Shown here: one piece after another, positions 41,836 to 51,531 of the stretch | Layout: each line of letters opens with the position of its first letter | Position numbering within the stretch: position 1 is the stretch's first letter | Assembly: GCA_040768745.1 (NCBI GenBank) | Contig: JAXGMI010000001.1 | Span: forward strand, 1,504,001 to 1,568,000 | DNA: 64,000 nucleotides | Source: Desulfomicrobium sp. | GTDB taxonomy: Bacteria > Desulfobacterota > Desulfovibrionia > Desulfovibrionales > Desulfomicrobiaceae | Reading direction: 5' to 3' | Notes under the pieces: generated by a model | The model's input: the letters and a program-made list of their open reading frames with translations, nothing else | Told to the model about the DNA's origin: nothing | Databases searched by the model: none | Translations under genes and position numbers: made by a program

Positions 41836-41861
41836 GTTTGCCCGACTTTTGTCGGGCAAAC
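41836..41861 (+). promoter_or_regulatory. intergenic stem-loop upstream of dctQ
   Basis: GTTTGCCCGAC-TTTT-GTCGGGCAAAC followed by TAGTTTT. Confidence 0.6.
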
Positions 41862-41880
41862 TAGTTTTAGGAGTTATTTA

Positions 41881-42399
41881 ATGAATAATGATAATTTTTT
41901 CTTATTAAATCAAACGTCCAATATCGTGACGGCTTGCTCACAGTTCATGTTCAATTTAGGTGCTTTTGTTTTCTACCCTCTTATAATCTTGATAGTACTC
42001 ACTGACGTAGTACTTCGATATTTCTTAAACAGCCCTCTGCCATGGGGTGTTGAACTCTCTGGCTTACTGCTTATCGGTGCTTTCTTTGGACCAGCTCCTC
42101 AATGTGAAGAAGTCAAGGCTAATATATACCTTGATTTCCTCTATAATACTTTTTCAATACGTGGTAAGCACCTTGTTGATATTCTTGGCCAGTTCATCGG
42201 CTTGTTTTGGATCGGTATGCTCAGTGTTCGTACATTCATGGAAGTACCAGACATGATTTCTATGGGCGAGACAGGAATTCAATTTGAATATCCTCTCTGG
42301 CCGTTGCGATTTTTTCTTGGTTTAGTGACATCGATTTTAGCTCTGAGATTAGTTCTAAACATTTTCATTATAATGGGAAAAATCAAAAAAGGGGCATAA
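41881..42399 (+). CDS. dctQ: TRAP transporter small permease
   Basis: DVVLRYFLNSPLPWGVELS; four hydrophobic segments; AGGAG SD. Confidence 0.88.
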   Translation: MNNDNFFLLNQTSNIVTACSQFMFNLGAFVFYPLIILIVLTDVVLRYFLNSPLPWGVELSGLLLIGAFFGPAPQCEEVKANIYLDFLYNTFSIRGKHLVDILGQFIGLFWIGMLSVRTFMEVPDMISMGETGIQFEYPLWPLRFFLGLVTSILALRLVLNIFIIMGKIKKGA

Positions 42400-42403
42400 T
42401 AAT

Positions 42404-43705
42404 ATGGACCTTGTTATCGTTGGTTATTCTGGTATGGCAATAATGCTGGTGCTTGTTTTCATCGGTGTTCCTCTTGCATATGCCATGGCAAGCGTTGCAA
42501 CAGTTGGCTTGATACTGACTATGGACCTGACTGCGGCATCAACTCAAAGCATGTTCATCGCCTGGGAACAAGGCCAAAGCTTTACACTGATGAGCATTCC
42601 ACTTTTCATCATGATGGGCACCTTGGCCAAAACGACGGGCCTCGTGTCGGATCTCTTTGACTCCGTAAGGAAATGGATGGGCTGGGTTCCAGGAGGATTG
42701 GCTGTGGCCGGTGTTACGGCTGCCGCCATTTTCGGTGCGGTTACTGGCTCCACCATGGCCTCTGTGGCCACCATGGGCTCCACGGTTATGCCCGAACTGG
42801 AAAAGTATAAATATGACGACAAGCTTTCCTCCGGTGCTATGTCTGCTGCGGGTGGATTGGCCGCACTTATCCCCCCCAGCGTGCTCGTCATTGTCTTCTG
42901 TGTTCTGACCGATCAGTCCATCGGAACGGGGTTTATCGCTTGTCTTGGACCCGGGCTACTGGTTACTGGTGTTTTTTGTACATACATAGTTATACGCTGC
43001 GCCATCAATCCTAAGCTCGGTCCTGTCGGTCCGACATACACTTTCATGGAAAGAATGAAGAGCTTAAAAGGGGTGCTGCCTGTAATCATCCTTTTTGTTA
43101 GCGTTATCGGAAGTATGTACGCCGGCATCGTTACTCCTACGGAAGCCGCAGCGGTGGGCGTGTTTGGCGTAATCGTGATCACGGCATGCATGCGACGTAT
43201 TACTTGGATCGCCCTCCGCGATGGCATGAAGGAAGCAGCGTTGCTCTCAACCTCCATTTTTCTGATTATCCTCGGTGGCTGGCTTATGTCCCGCTTTCTG
43301 GTAACCACGGGTACTACTCCCCATCTCGTGAACTTTTTTGTGGGGCTTGGCCTGTCGAAAACAACACTTTTGGCCAGCCTATTCGTCATGTTCCTCCTCC
43401 TGGGCTGCGCGCTTGAGCCCACTGCCATGCTCATTTTGACCATGCCACTGCTGTTCCCCATCACCGTCGCCTATGGGATTGATCCGGTCTGGTTCTGCGG
43501 TTTCGTGACAGTGATGATGGTTCTCGGAGGCATGACCCCTCCTGTGGGACTTAACGTATACGTGCTGCACAGTGTGGTTCCGCGTCTTCCCACATCGCTC
43601 ATCTTCCAGGGGGTGATGCCCTTTGTGGTACTGCACTGTTTTTCAGTGCTCATTATAATCCTATTTCCCGAAATTGTTACTTACCTTCCAAGCAAGATGA
43701 TGTAA
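42404..43705 (+). CDS. dctM: TRAP transporter large permease
   Basis: IPLFIMMG, GGLAVA, LIPPS, TPTEAAA, GIDPVWF and MTPPVGLNVY motifs. Confidence 0.94.
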   Translation: MDLVIVGYSGMAIMLVLVFIGVPLAYAMASVATVGLILTMDLTAASTQSMFIAWEQGQSFTLMSIPLFIMMGTLAKTTGLVSDLFDSVRKWMGWVPGGLAVAGVTAAAIFGAVTGSTMASVATMGSTVMPELEKYKYDDKLSSGAMSAAGGLAALIPPSVLVIVFCVLTDQSIGTGFIACLGPGLLVTGVFCTYIVIRCAINPKLGPVGPTYTFMERMKSLKGVLPVIILFVSVIGSMYAGIVTPTEAAAVGVFGVIVITACMRRITWIALRDGMKEAALLSTSIFLIILGGWLMSRFLVTTGTTPHLVNFFVGLGLSKTTLLASLFVMFLLLGCALEPTAMLILTMPLLFPITVAYGIDPVWFCGFVTVMMVLGGMTPPVGLNVYVLHSVVPRLPTSLIFQGVMPFVVLHCFSVLIIILFPEIVTYLPSKMM

Positions 43706-43852
43706 AACTCTTAAGTTTTTAATTGTATTTAATAACAACCCCGAAAGTCGAGTTGTATTATAGTAAAAATCAAAGATTCCATGAACAACAAAACTTAATC
43801 TTGTTCATGGAAGCTTTGATCTAGTAGGTGAATATTACAATATCTTAACAAA

Positions 43853-44137
43853 TTACTGAACTTTTGCGATAGAGATCGCGCCTTTATCATTAATAAAGAT
43901 GCTAAAGAATTTTCCATGTGTGCCGAGGATAGCCTCCTCAGCGATGTAGGTGATGCCGTTGACTTCAACCTTGATATCATCGTCCTCGTTCATTTCGTCC
44001 AGGGACACGCCCAAGATGATGGAAGTATTTCAGCCACAACCGAGGGTGTAATTACGAATCCGTACACAAGGCATATCATCTTCAAGTAAAAGGCTTCTTA
44101 GCCTGTCTTCCGCATCTTTACTAATTTGTAAAAACAT
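43853..44137 (-). CDS. HesB/ErpA-related Fe-S insertion-like protein, probable selenoprotein (in-frame TGA at 44030-44032)
   Basis: Manual translation MFLQISKDAEDRL...VRIRNYTLGCG(U)NTSIILGVSLDEMNEDDDIKVEVNGITYIAEE...KVQ*; AAGGAG SD; HesB-like pattern on both sides of the TGA. Confidence 0.8.
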
Positions 44138-44253
44138 AAACTAACTCCTTTTTTTGTGATTTATTTTTTAAACTATAGACACACTAATTTAAAGTCAATG
44201 TATTAGATAATTTTTTAAAAATTATTTTGTGATCAATATTTGAAGAAAAAAAA

Positions 44254-44725
44254 GTGTTTACAATAAATAAAATTCGAAAAATTTCTGAATTATATTATAA
44301 AAAAAAAATATGTATGTTCCGAAGCTGTTCTACAAGCTTTTCTTGATAGTTTTGAAACAACTTATGATAATACAATTGTGTCTTTATCATCTGGATTTGC
44401 AGGAGGAATTGGTCATTCTGGATGTGCATGTGGAGCAGTTCTAGGAGGAATTATGGCATTAGGGATTTTTTTTGGAAGAAAAAATCCAAAACAAAATTCT
44501 AATATTTTAGTTTTAGAATTAGCTAAAGAAATACACGACTCATTTCGTGCTCGACATGGATCTATATGCTGCTGTGTTTTGAATAAAAAAATCATTTCTG
44601 GAAGCGATGCACAGAAATCAGAGTGTCTTGTTCGGACGGGTGACGCCGTTGAAATAACACTTAGAATTTTGGAGCGCGAAATAATCAAAACAAAATCAAT
44701 TAATAAATTAATTTGTAAACTGTAG
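44254..44725 (+). pseudogene. C-GCAxxG-C-C family putative redox protein, frameshifted in an A10 run (44299-44308)
   Basis: YVCSEAVL...GFAGGIGHSGCACGAVLGG...HGSICC...C; removing one A joins GTG 44254 (MFTINKIRKISELYY) to this frame. Confidence 0.8.
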
Positions 44726-45110
44726 AACGTCTTAACCCATTCTTTAGTTCGGAGACCTAGTTGATTAACATTTGGCTGAGCAGTGGTCGCCACCCATGGA
44801 AATATTTTAAAACGATCGTTGGACACTTTTGACTCCTGAGGTCATTGAGGTCTGAACCTCCGTATCAGTCAGTATCATCAAAAGCGGTGTTTCAGCGATA
44901 AACAGACTTAGGGCTTGCGTTCAATGAACGGACCAACTGCCTATCAGGGCTAAAGAGCGAATTGCGGACGGCGACGTCCAGGATATTTGCTCCGGATAAT
45001 TATGCCACTTCTGTTCGCCTGAAATCTTTCAAGTTTCAGGCCACTTCCAAAACGATAGAGGGTACTAGCTGCGGCTATTGAACTTTAATAATCCTCAAAA
45101 GGAGAACGAC

Positions 45111-45530
45111 ATGAAAATCTTGGCGGCTGTTGATGAGTCAGAATATTTGTCCTTGGTGTTGAAAAGAGCCTTTGAACTAGCGGCCAAAGACCGTGACGAG
45201 CTTTCAGTTATAACTGTGATCAACGTCTCTTTAGTTCATGCTTGCAAAGCAGAAGTGCCAAACATTCAGGAAATGCTGCGTGAAGGGGTGAATTACACCG
45301 TGAAGCAAATAGAGGCCCAGGCAGAGGCTGCTATGGTCAAAGTCAACATTGTTGTTGAGGAGAGTGTATCTCCTGCAGATGCAATCTGCAATTATGCAGA
45401 AAATAATAAAATTGATCTTATTGTAATCGGAAGTAAGGGAGCAAAAGAAATCCAACGTTTTTTTGTTGGTAGTGTGTCTCAAAAAGTTGTAGAATATGCT
45501 CCATGCTCTGTTCATGTTGTCAAAAAATAA
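45111..45530 (+). CDS. universal stress protein (UspA family)
   Basis: MKILAAVDES; IDLIVIGSKG...FVGSVSQKVVEYAPCSVHVVK. Confidence 0.93.
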   Translation: MKILAAVDESEYLSLVLKRAFELAAKDRDELSVITVINVSLVHACKAEVPNIQEMLREGVNYTVKQIEAQAEAAMVKVNIVVEESVSPADAICNYAENNKIDLIVIGSKGAKEIQRFFVGSVSQKVVEYAPCSVHVVKK

Positions 45531-45717
45531 TTAAAAACTCCGTCTACAATCTTTTTATATTTAGTAAGATTAAATTACAAAGATGGTAACGGAGTTTTAT
45601 ACGTATAAAATAATAAGTATTCAGTCATTTTTAAATTATTTATAAAAAATGGATTTTTTTGCAATTCTGATTATTCAAAACACAATGTTTTGTTTCAGAA
45701 TAAATTTATAGTTATTA

Positions 45718-47398
45718 CCTAAATCCGTGAAAAAGTTGCATTGAATATACAGTATTGAAACATTTTGCACTTGAAATAAATCAATGATACCGGCATATTG
45801 AGCTTGCTTTTCCTGAATGAGTTTTTGCACCTATTGGGTGCGGCAGGTGCCTGCAATGCTCATCACCGATATCAAGCGAAACGAAGGAAACAACATTGGT
45901 CATGTCGGCCTGGCCCTGATCGGCGAGATGGCCAGGGTTTGCGGACTGGATACACTGGTCGACCGCCTTGGGCCTGGAAAAGCTCCGCAAATCAAGGAGC
46001 GTGAAATTTTCCGCACATTGGTCGGCCTCATGTGCCAAGGCAAAACGGATTTCGACCATGTTCGTGAGTACTACGGCGACGATTTCTTCGCGACCAGCCT
46101 TGGCCTTGGACGCGTTCCTTCCGCCGAGATTTTGCGGCAACGGTTTCAGCGGATCGCCTTGGAAACTGACCTGGATGCCCAGTTGCCCCGCTGCTCGGTC
46201 GAACTGTGGAAGAAGACCGGAATGCAGCCAGAGCTCATTGAAATGACCAGGGACGACAACAAGAAAGAGCACTGGGTGCGCCTTGATATCGACGTCAGCA
46301 TTTTCGACAACGCCGACACCGAGAAGGAAGGTGCCAGCGCGACGTACGACAAGAGATTCGGCTTCGCTCCGATCTTTGCTCATCTTGGTGGCGGCTGGAT
46401 GGTCAACGGCAAGCTTCGTCCCGGATCGAGCCATTCCAGTTGCGAGGGCACGGATGAGTTCATCCTGGAGAGCCTCGGGTACGCCAAGTCCATGGTGGAT
46501 GTGAACGTTCTCGTGGTCGCCGACAGCGGATTTGACAGCAAGGAGCGTCTGGAGACGCTGTGCACGCAATCGCGCACCGGCTTCATCATCAAGCACAATC
46601 TGCGCAGGGAATCGGTGACCGGCTGGCTCGCCACGGCCAAGGAGCACGCGCCGAAAGTAGAGAATTTCACAACGTCCCGAGAAAAGGCCGGATCTACCGG
46701 GGCTTCGTGATGCGTGAGATCGGCAAGAAGAAAAGGGCGGTCCGCCAGATTTTCGAGGTCACGGAAGTGTTGAGCAAGGACGGTGTGTTCATGATGATTC
46801 CAGAGGTCCGCGTCTGCGTTTTGTGGACCAACCTGGAATTTGATGCCGACCAGGCTTTGAAGCTGTATCGCAAGCGGGGCACCAGCGAGCAGCATCACGG
46901 GGAATTCAAGACCGAGATGGACATGGAGCGCCTGCCGTCGGGCAAGTTTGCCGTGAATGCAACCTTTCTGCGCTTGGGCATGCTGGTCTACAACATGCTT
47001 CGGGTAGCCTCCGTGGACCTGGTTGTGGCTCGGATGCTGGGGCTGAAAAAAGCCAACCGCCGCAGGACCAAGACGGTCATGCGGAGCATGATGAGCATTT
47101 GCGCCCGGATCACCCGCCATGCACGCAACGTGATCCTGCATGTCTCCTGCCCGGAGCCATGGTTCAAGGTGGTCTCTGACCTGTTTTATCGTCTCAAGAC
47201 GGCATAACGAGATGGTCATTAGGCTGCATTCCTAGGAGTAGTGCGCCTCAAAACTGCAAAAAGTCGGATTTTTAAGGTTCTTGAAACAATAAATGGTCAT
47301 CAAATATGAATTGACTGATCAACGTTTGCCTATTTTTTAAAAAAATGACTCAAAATCTAAAGTGGACAGCTATGACAGCAGGTATCCACGGATTCAGG
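45718..47398 (+). mobile_element. IS1380-family insertion sequence
   Basis: Terminal IRs CCTAAATCCGTGAA/TCCACGGATTCAGG (12 of 14 match, CC...GG ends); 1681 bp; no clear target duplication. Confidence 0.82.
45856..47207 (+). pseudogene. IS1380-family transposase, frameshifted near 46682-46685
   Basis: VPSAEILRQR, LDIDVS and VADSGFD in the first ORF; YRKRGTSEQHHGEFK...LPSGKFAVN in the second; adding one A joins them. Confidence 0.88.
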
Positions 47399-47402
47399 TA
47401 GT

Positions 47403-48345
47403 ATGATTTACAGCGGGCTATCCTTATCATTAGAATTTTTTACAGAATCCAAGCCGCTTTTACAGGATTATATACCAGACGTTATGGGTCAAGCAGCTTT
47501 CGGTCTGGTCGGAGAAGGTTCGGAATGTTTTGGATTCGACGATGAGATTTCCCGGGATCATGACTGGGGGGCCGCTTTTTGCTTATGGCTTCCCAGGGAA
47601 AAGCTTCGCTCTTGCAAAGAAAGGATTGAATCAGCGCTGTCCAAACTACCTGGAACTTTCAAGGGTTATTCCGTTCGCATTCACCCAAATGAGCGTATGG
47701 GACGGGTTGGCCCCATAGCGATTGAAGATTTTTACGCGCGCTTCGTAGGCATGGAACGCCCCCCAGAAACTTGGCAGGAGTGGCGCAGCATTCCAGAGCA
47801 TGCATTGGCCGCCTGTACAAACGGTGAAGTTTTTCAAGACGGAACAGGGGCGTTCACCGCTTTCCGACATGCGCTACTCCGGTACTATCCGGAAGACATA
47901 CGAAGGAAAAAATCGCCTCCAGATGCATGATCATGGCCCAAGCTGGCCAATACAATTTGCCTCGCAGCCTTCAACGACAAGAGGCCGGCTCGGCCATGCT
48001 AGCTGCAGCCCGTTTTTCCGAGGCGGCGTTGTCTATGGCCTTCCTACTGAACTGTCGCTACATGCCATTTTATAAGTGGGCTTGCCCGCGGCTAACCGCC
48101 TGCCAATTTTGGGTAAAAAAACTGCACAAGCAGTAAACCTGCTAGCCACATGCTCTTTCGCCTCAAAATCAGATACGCCCCGCATGATAAATGCAGTTGA
48201 GAGCCTGTGCGCCGCTGTTAGTGCCCAGTTGCGGGAAGAAGGGTTGACGGATGTGAAAAACGACTGGTTGTGGGCTCTTGGCCCTTCCATTCAGATGGGC
48301 ATTCACGAGCAGCATTTGCGATGCATAGACGTGATGCAAGATTGA
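47403..48345 (+). pseudogene. DUF4037 family protein (nucleotidyltransferase-like), split by two apparent frameshifts (about 47907-47912 and about 48085)
   Basis: GLVGEGSECFGFDDEISRDHDWG; TNGEVFQD; AQAGQYNLPR; YMPFYKW spread over three consecutive track ORFs. Confidence 0.8.
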
Positions 48346-48429
48346 AACTTTAGCAAAATAACTGCTTAAATATTCCTTTCATACAGGAAAATTTTAAATT
48401 ATTATTTATAATATTCAAAGGGATATAAA

Positions 48430-49047
48430 ATGAATGATATTATATCAAATATTATTGATATTGAATTTTCCATGTTCAATAAAACAAAAAACAAAGGAGG
48501 TAGTGCTCCTTGCCAACATGATTATAAAACTTTTTATATTATGCGCTGTAGTCAATTTAAAACATGGAATGAAAAATTACTGAAAAGTTATTTTCAAGAT
48601 TTACAAGATGCTATTATTGAAAATCGAAATATAGTTACTGAAAAATATGCATTTATGATGGAATCTACCTGTCCAGATGAATATTTGGAAATTGCACATT
48701 TTTTGCCTGAAATTACAAAAGAAACTGATGAAAAGATTTCGGAAATCGTTAAAATAAACATAGAATGGGAGAGGGAAATCGACACGAACTTTCCTGTATT
48801 TCGATCTCATGGGCGGCCGCTCACCAGGGCGAAAGACACGCCCTACACAACTTCCGTTGAAACATATCTCAGGGGAGAATTGAAATCATACTCAGCTACT
48901 ACAATTTCATTGTATCATTCCTTTGTGCTTTCATGTAAGGAATCCGGGCGAAATCTCGCACGGGAAAATGCGGACTTTATTGCCCAAGCTTATGGCTACA
49001 GCTCCCTTGAAGCAGCCGAAAACACCCTCAGGAAAGCCGAAGCCTAG
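48430..49047 (+). CDS. DUF4125 family protein
   Basis: EFSMF...NKGGSAPCQHD...FYIMRCSQF; EKYAFMM; TSVETYLRGELKSYS; YGYSSLEAAE. Confidence 0.85.
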   Translation: MNDIISNIIDIEFSMFNKTKNKGGSAPCQHDYKTFYIMRCSQFKTWNEKLLKSYFQDLQDAIIENRNIVTEKYAFMMESTCPDEYLEIAHFLPEITKETDEKISEIVKINIEWEREIDTNFPVFRSHGRPLTRAKDTPYTTSVETYLRGELKSYSATTISLYHSFVLSCKESGRNLARENADFIAQAYGYSSLEAAENTLRKAEA

Positions 49048-49515
49048 ACAGGCCGCCAGATATGGTGAAAGTTGTATAAATTTGTGAGAATACTCTTCTG
49101 ATATTGCAGTAGGAATATGTTTCGCCTGTGCGCTGCCGGTTACTGTTGACAGGGCGGCATTTCCATCCCATCATAATTGTTGTCAATCTGGCACTGATTT
49201 TCGTCTATCTGACCACAAAAACCACCAGACAGCGTGAACGTCATGGTCATGGGCGACCATCAGAGGCGGCTGCCCTGACCAGGGCCATCTGACAAATGCG
49301 GCGGTATGTGAACGATACCGCAGGACAAAGTGGGGCATGTTTTCAACTTGCCTGTCTGCAGCAGTCAATGTCATGAAAGCCGTGGGCTGCCGCTTCCCGC
49401 GTACCGAGAGGGAGGCCGGAGCCCGCGATGAAGAATGGTCCATTTCGCGAGGCGGCCTGGGCAGTCTGCCAGCCCTGCCCGCCGCGTACAACACCTCGGT
49501 GATCCCGGAAAAGGA

Positions 49516-51444
49516 ATGCAAAGACGATCGATAAGACGAATTGTCCTGGTCCTGGCCCTGATTCTGGGCCTGGCCAGCGTGACCTGGGCCGCGGCCCAGG
49601 ACGACTACCAGCGGGGCGTCTCGTCGTTCAAGTCCTTGCTGGCAAACGAGAAAAGGGCCGGCCTGCGGTCAGAATGGCAGGCCGTGCAGAAGTATTTCGA
49701 AAAGTCTCTGGCTGCCCAACCAAAAGGGGGGAACGCTGCGAAATGCCTCTATTTCATGGGCCGGGTGCATGAAGAGCTGGGCCGCAGGTCCTATCTGAAC
49801 GCGGATCGCAGGAATGCGTTGACCATGTTCGAGAGGATCCTGGCGGAATACCCCAAACATGACTGGGCCGATGACGCCCTTTTCCGCAAGGGCGTGGTCC
49901 TGCAGGAGCAGCTCAAGGATCAGGCCAAGGCCGAGGCGGCCTTCAGGGCGGTTGTTTCTTCCTATCCCAACGGGGACATGGCTGGGGAGGCCAAGGCCCG
50001 CCTGAAGACTCTGGGCGGAGGCGTCCCGGCCGTGACCGTTCAGCCTGCACCGGCTCCGCCCAGACAGCAGGCTGATTCCAAACAGGCACAAACCGGGCGA
50101 GCCAGCTCGAAGGTGGCCGCCAGTCGGACAAAGACCAGCAAGGGCGCCCTGCTGCAAGGCATCCGGAACTGGTCCAGCAGCGAGTACACGCGCGTGGTCC
50201 TGGATCTGAACCAAGATGTGGACTATGACCGCAAGCTGCTGGAAAGGGCGAACAATGGCGCCAAACAGCTGCAGATCAACCTGAGGGGCGTTGAAATCGT
50301 CCAGGATGTCCAGCCCTCCCGGACGGTCGGGGACGGAATTCTCTCCCAGATTCAGGTCGGGCCGGATCAAGCCGGTGGCGCCTTGGTCACCCTCGACCTC
50401 ACGCAGATGGACCGGTACCGCGCGTTCACCCTGCCGGATCCGTACAGGGTGGTCATTGACGTCTATGCCGCGGACTGCGTGGCAGCGCCCAAGGCCCAGG
50501 AACCGCAGACGCATCAGTCCGGGGATGTGGATCATGTCCAGGCTGCCCTGAGTGAATTGCGGGACAAACGGGAGGACACCCGAAAAGAGGACTCCCAGGC
50601 CAAAGCAGAGCCCAAGCCTGTGCCCTCCCCGGCAAAAGGCCCCACCGCCACGGCGCAGGTCCCAGATCAGCCGCCCACGCCCCCGCAGAAGGTGGCTGTC
50701 AGCAACAAGCAGAAAAAATACGCCTGCTCCCTGGTCGAGCAACTGGGGCTCAAGGTCCGCACCATCATGATCGATCCTGGCCATGGCGGGAGAGACCCCG
50801 GGGCCACAGCCAACGGGATCGAGGAAAAGGACATCAACCTGCGCGCCGCCAAGATCATGGGCAAAATGCTCCAGGATCAGGGCTTCGAGGTGCACTACAC
50901 CCGCACCAAAGACAAGTTCATTCCGCTGGAGGAGCGCACCGCCATGGCCAATGCCAAAAACGCGGACCTCTTCATTTCCCTGCATTGCAACTCCTACAAG
51001 GACGCAAGTATCCGAGGGCTCGAAGTCTACTACCTGAACCTGGCCACCGATGCCCAGGCTGTGCGCGTGGCGGCCCGCGAAAACGGGGTTTCGGCAAAGA
51101 AGATCAGTGACATGCAGTTCATCCTTTCTGATTTGATGCTCAATTCCAAGATCAACGAATCCCGGCAGATGGCGGCCCTGGTCCAGCAGGAGGCCGAGCA
51201 AGCCCTGCGGCCCAGGTATGCATTCAAGAGTCTGGGTTCCAAAGGGGCCTTTTTCTATGTTTTGACCGGGGCGCGCATGCCCTCCATCCTCGTGGAGCTC
51301 GGATATCTGACCAATCCTGCCGAGGCGGGGAACCTGAACTCCGATGCCTATCTCTCCACCCTGGCCCGTGGCCTGGTCGGCGGCGTGATGGCCTACAAGA
51401 AGAAGCTGGAGCGATTTGCCCTGAACGATTCAGGAAGATCCTGA
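49516..51444 (+). CDS. amiC: N-acetylmuramoyl-L-alanine amidase (TPR + AMIN + Amidase_3)
   Basis: Signal peptide; TPR-like helices; YTRVVLDL; IDPGHGGRDPG, EKDINL, FISLHCN and PSILVELGYLTN. Confidence 0.88.
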   Translation: MQRRSIRRIVLVLALILGLASVTWAAAQDDYQRGVSSFKSLLANEKRAGLRSEWQAVQKYFEKSLAAQPKGGNAAKCLYFMGRVHEELGRRSYLNADRRNALTMFERILAEYPKHDWADDALFRKGVVLQEQLKDQAKAEAAFRAVVSSYPNGDMAGEAKARLKTLGGGVPAVTVQPAPAPPRQQADSKQAQTGRASSKVAASRTKTSKGALLQGIRNWSSSEYTRVVLDLNQDVDYDRKLLERANNGAKQLQINLRGVEIVQDVQPSRTVGDGILSQIQVGPDQAGGALVTLDLTQMDRYRAFTLPDPYRVVIDVYAADCVAAPKAQEPQTHQSGDVDHVQAALSELRDKREDTRKEDSQAKAEPKPVPSPAKGPTATAQVPDQPPTPPQKVAVSNKQKKYACSLVEQLGLKVRTIMIDPGHGGRDPGATANGIEEKDINLRAAKIMGKMLQDQGFEVHYTRTKDKFIPLEERTAMANAKNADLFISLHCNSYKDASIRGLEVYYLNLATDAQAVRVAARENGVSAKKISDMQFILSDLMLNSKINESRQMAALVQQEAEQALRPRYAFKSLGSKGAFFYVLTGARMPSILVELGYLTNPAEAGNLNSDAYLSTLARGLVGGVMAYKKKLERFALNDSGRS

Positions 51445-51465
51445 ACCAGCGTTCTGCCATGCTGC

Positions 51466-51502
51466 CCCTGCCCCATCCTTGGGGCAGGGTTTTCCTTTTT
51501 TT
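51466..51502 (+). terminator. terminator after the amidase gene
   Basis: CCCTGCCCCA-TCCT-TGGGGCAGGG followed by TTTTCCTTTTTTT. Confidence 0.8.
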
Positions 51503-51531
51503 CACCCTTCAATGCGTTGGAGTCTGGCGTC

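Noticed and set aside
44760..45060. Possible degraded IS end (GGACACTTTTGACTCCTGAGG…)
   Set aside because: No partner IR and no transposase frame found by eye
49050..49515. Long spacer upstream of the amidase gene as a riboswitch or sRNA
   Set aside because: No known riboswitch consensus recognised; only a TTGACA and short hairpins
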